Source: Eutreptiella sp. 'Long Island Sound 2002' (taxonomy: Eukaryota; Protista; Euglenida). Taken from it: 64,000 bases of DNA. Of this stretch, positions 60,400 through 64,000 are shown one piece after another. The translations under genes and the position numbers were made by a program. The stretch spans positions 41,292,001-41,356,000 of the forward strand of contig OZ038378.1 in assembly GCA_964036045.1 (NCBI GenBank), given 5' to 3'. Numbering within the stretch: position 1 is the stretch's first letter; each line of letters begins with the position of its first letter. A model generated the notes under the pieces. That model did no database searches and was not told where the DNA came from. It saw only the letters and a program-made list of their open reading frames with translations.

Positions 60400-63300
60400 T
60401 CCCACTCTATGGAGTAGGTTATTCGGGTGCATGCCCCTTCACAATGCCGCCACTGCATCCGCCTTCTCGTTTGGACACCTTGTTGTAGGAGGTCATCCAT
60501 CGCATTTGCACATGTTCCCCACCTACCTCTTACAGCCACAAGAGCTACTGCCACATGTCCCTGTGTCCCGCCTACTGCGTGGAGCACCACCATCCATGAT
60601 GCCGCCACTTGAATGACCACTCCACAATGCCCTTTTTTTTACACATACTGTGAGTCCGAGACTATCACTAAGGCCTCCGACGGCTGCCTCCGCAACAGTG
60701 CATGCAATACCCCCGCAACTCCCCCCTACTATTGCTCTCCCGCTCATTAGCTGGCACATGATAGTGGCATCGCACGCGCTTTTCTGATTGTTCCCCACAC
60801 CACACGATAGCCCGCTTGCATCCACCCTCTGGCCCGTTGTGACAATCCGTTTGTGTACACCACTATCCATCCCCGACCGGCGAGCTCGCTCAACCCCTAT
60901 AGCAAGTGCTCTTTACACTCGCGCCCACTTGGCCGACTTCAATGCTTTTATTTACCACCGACGGTTTGTATGCCATAGCCCCTTGCTCAAACATTCGCTT
61001 GTTTGCAAACCAGCCCGAAGCGTTGCTTCGCAATAGATGTTCATGATCGTCCAAAATCATTGTGGCATTCCAACAGTTGTTCATGTATTGCGGGGCAAAG
61101 CTGCCCGATACAAACATCGATACATACACACAGAGCCGTAGGAGCGGCTAGAGCATTTGCCTCCTCATTACCATGAAAAACAGGATGCGAGGGCAACCGC
61201 AGCTGCAATTCTTCCCCTTCCATCTCATGTAACAGCAGGATCTGTTCCCACAAATTGCGGTGCCCCACCTCCTCTGATAAAGCCCTTGGGTGTTGCTTCA
61301 TGGCGCGCATGTTTGGCGCAGATGTGGGTAGGCCGCCGAAGGAAGGCAAACACATGCACACTGCTCCAAGAAACACAAAGCTTGAACCACATATGGGGTG
61401 TTGACACTTTGCCAGAAGGATAGTATGTAGCCATGGAATGGCTATGCCAGACATCGTGTCTTTTGATGGCACCAAAAATTGTGCGAAGAAGGTGACGAAC
61501 ATTGTTGTTCCATGGCCAGGTGGATCTCGGTAACACCTCCACTATTTTCAAAGCGTCAACATCTTGACTCATGTCCCACAATTCATTCACATGGCCACAA
61601 AGCTCCCGAATGATTTACCATTTTGCTACCAAACGTCCTAGTTGTTAGTAGGGTGCAAGGTGGCGCAATGCAACAGTCAAACCATTTTTTGTCTCCCCCA
61701 ATGTCTCCATGTGTGTCTACCGGGAAAAAAAATGTACGCTTTGCACTTCGCAGCCCAGCCCTGATCTTGTGGTCACAAATCTCCATGATCACCGATCAGC
61801 ATTGCACAGTAGCATGAGAGCCAAGGCAAATTGCCTGGTTGTGAAGTGATTTGAGCCCCATCACTGGGGCCCAGTGCATAAAATACCAAAAAGAAAACAC
61901 TTGGAAAGAACAACTTTGGGTGCCGAGGCATCCAGATGTTTCTTCAACACATAGTGCAATTGCAAGTTGCTTGTTACCAGAGTGCCAAATTTCCAAGTGG
62001 TAGAACTACAACGGCCATGAGGTTTGATGTCTTGAAGTCATCTGGCAGTCCACGCCAACAAACCCCCCCCCCCCCCCGCCGCCGCCCCCCCCCGAAAAAT
62101 TTAAGCTATTGCCAGAGGTGATCGCATCACGGCTGCGTGACTTGGAGTTGGTGAAATTGCCCACGCCGTATCAATTGCTACGCTACATGAGGACATTACC
62201 GCTGCTTGATCTCACGTAGCCCGGCAGCAACGAGAGGTCCCGGAAAGTTTCTTTTTGTGTTCGTTTGCTTGCTGTGATGCACATGTTTGTGCGCAAGGCG
62301 ATGTTGAGGAACCTAGCGGTGGGTACACACACATGGCGAGTCTTTCGTCCGCCGCAACTTGAAGTCTATTGGAGGTTGGATACTGTCAATCATGTGTTGT
62401 TTGCTAGTTGCTATTTGCCCTTTGTCGGAGATGCAATTCTCAAAGCCTTTGGGCCGGGAGAGAAGGGGAGGGGGGGGGGGTTGCACTGCAACATATCATC
62501 ATATCACATCCGATGCTTTTACGAAATACCTTTCATGGAACAATTGTTTAAAAGGTTACATCTATTGCAAGTCAGCAAAGTTGTTCTGCGCTTGGGTAGT
62601 GCCGCCGTTTAAATTCTCCCCTTTTTTTTTGGCTTGGTGGCCACGGTTGGTTGCCAAAGCCTACTCACCACATGGCCCTCCCAAAATCTCTTGGCATCAA
62701 GGATGAATACGACAAATTAGCACCGATTTTCGTAATGTCGCTTGCTGATTCGATCATTTGCTTTGCTTGTTTGTGTGGGTTTGGAAAATTTTTGCAAGGA
62801 CCCTTAACAAGCCGGGTGCTGAAATTTTATACGTGGAAAAATGCTTTTCTGCCGAAAACCCCCACATCTTGGTAAGCAAAAAAAAGACAAGACCCTTTTG
62901 ATTTCAAAGGCCCAAAATTTGACGGATGGCTAGCTGCGTCCAATGTGGGGGGGCTCCAATTGGGTGGCACTCATCAATGGTGCCCCGTCCAGGCATGAGA
63001 GTCAACACATCAATGTAATCACCATCAATCACCGTCACCTAATTCAGGGTTTCCCCATCTTCAAGGCTGGAGCTGAGTTTGTACACCACATCCAATTTTC
63101 GAAAAAAGTTTCCTTCGCATGTGAAATCAGCCCAACTGATTTCATTGGATGAGATTAGCTTAACGGCGGCAACTTGGTTTTTGAAAATGTCCCCCCCTTG
63201 CCATAGGGCCAACAAGGCGAAAACGAACATATGTGGCCCAAACCGGGCTATGCTTTTTTCTGGGGGCGGGGGGCTAAGCAAATCATGTACAGCTTTTTTC

Positions 63301-63800
63301 CTATCATTTGCTACCCACTTCGTACTACCAAACTTGCATGAGGGCGAAACACGGTTCGGCACATAAGGGATGTACAAGGTTAGTCACATGTCTGGTCAAA
63401 TGCTAAACACATACTAAGCACTTGGTCCGTGGTTTCAGTCCTCAAACACATACAGATCGGAGGTCCGGGAGGCACGTCTTTGCAGTCCTTGGCAAAGGGT
63501 GTCTCAAAAGCGTTTTGCCACCGCACCAAAGGGGATCCCAATTGGTACCTTGGGTAACATTGGATGTGGGCAGAGTCTTCGGGACAGGTGTCACCTAGTC
63601 GATCCCTCACCTCTTGTTTTCGATGTGACTGCTAAGTATTTTGGCCCACCACGGCCAATATTGGCCGCACTCGTGATGCGGCAAGGCCCCCACCGTACCC
63701 ATGTGTGTGCCACTAGTGTCTTCATCGGCACTGGCACCCATGTCCCGCCCGGCCTAGAGCCGCAGAACTAGAGCCATGTCAGCACGCCGCGTGACCTTAA
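60400..63800 (-). pseudogene. Heavily decayed LINE remnant (RNase H clear, RT weak)
   Basis: VGHRNLWEQILLL...LRLPSHPVFHGNEEANALA (RNase HI C-terminus, ~61150-61270) and NNNVRHLLRTIFGAI; weak AFD and D.YID motifs at 63400 and 63020. Boundaries are approximate. Confidence 0.55.
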
Positions 63801-64000
63801 TCATGGTTAGTGAGTAGAGCGAGGTAATAACGGTTTCACTCATAAGAGACAGAGCCTTATTTCTTTCTCAATGCCTTTTAGTTTTACAGTGTTCCTGAGA
63901 TGGTGGAGTAGGACATCCCCTTGACCAAAGGAACACACAGCGCGCTACAGTATCTGCGATGTCGCAAATGCTGGCGATAGTGCATGCCAAAGGATCTTTC

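Overview
Eukaryotic, transposon-saturated window. TTAGGG repeats, a euglenozoan-style cyclase-like gene and a VIPER/TATE-type element suggest Euglenozoa, possibly a euglenid (inference). Only one credible host gene is present: an intronless multi-TM class III nucleotide-cyclase-like protein (27582-29666). The rest is nested mobile DNA. (1) A degenerate minus-strand APE-RT-RNase H LINE (~4900-23300) is split by an 8.2-kb terminal-inverted-repeat element, a hAT-like MITE and a 4x ~675-bp tandem amplification. (2) Two 1.2-kb tandem units are bounded by telomeric repeats. (3) There are hAT, APE, DDE_Tnp_4-like and LINE remnants. (4) A near-intact tyrosine-recombinase retrotransposon (gag-YR-RT/RH, split direct repeats) lies at 52317-57663. 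The most unusual object is the TIR element at 8369-16559. It encodes a decayed DDE-like transposase and an intron-split ParB/Srx-like protein, and carries 17 full plus 2 variant copies of a 20-bp palindrome (TTTCACTGTYRACAGTGAAA). The palindrome arms match bacterial parS half-sites, and I saw no copies outside the element. All family assignments come from motif reading by eye, not database searches.
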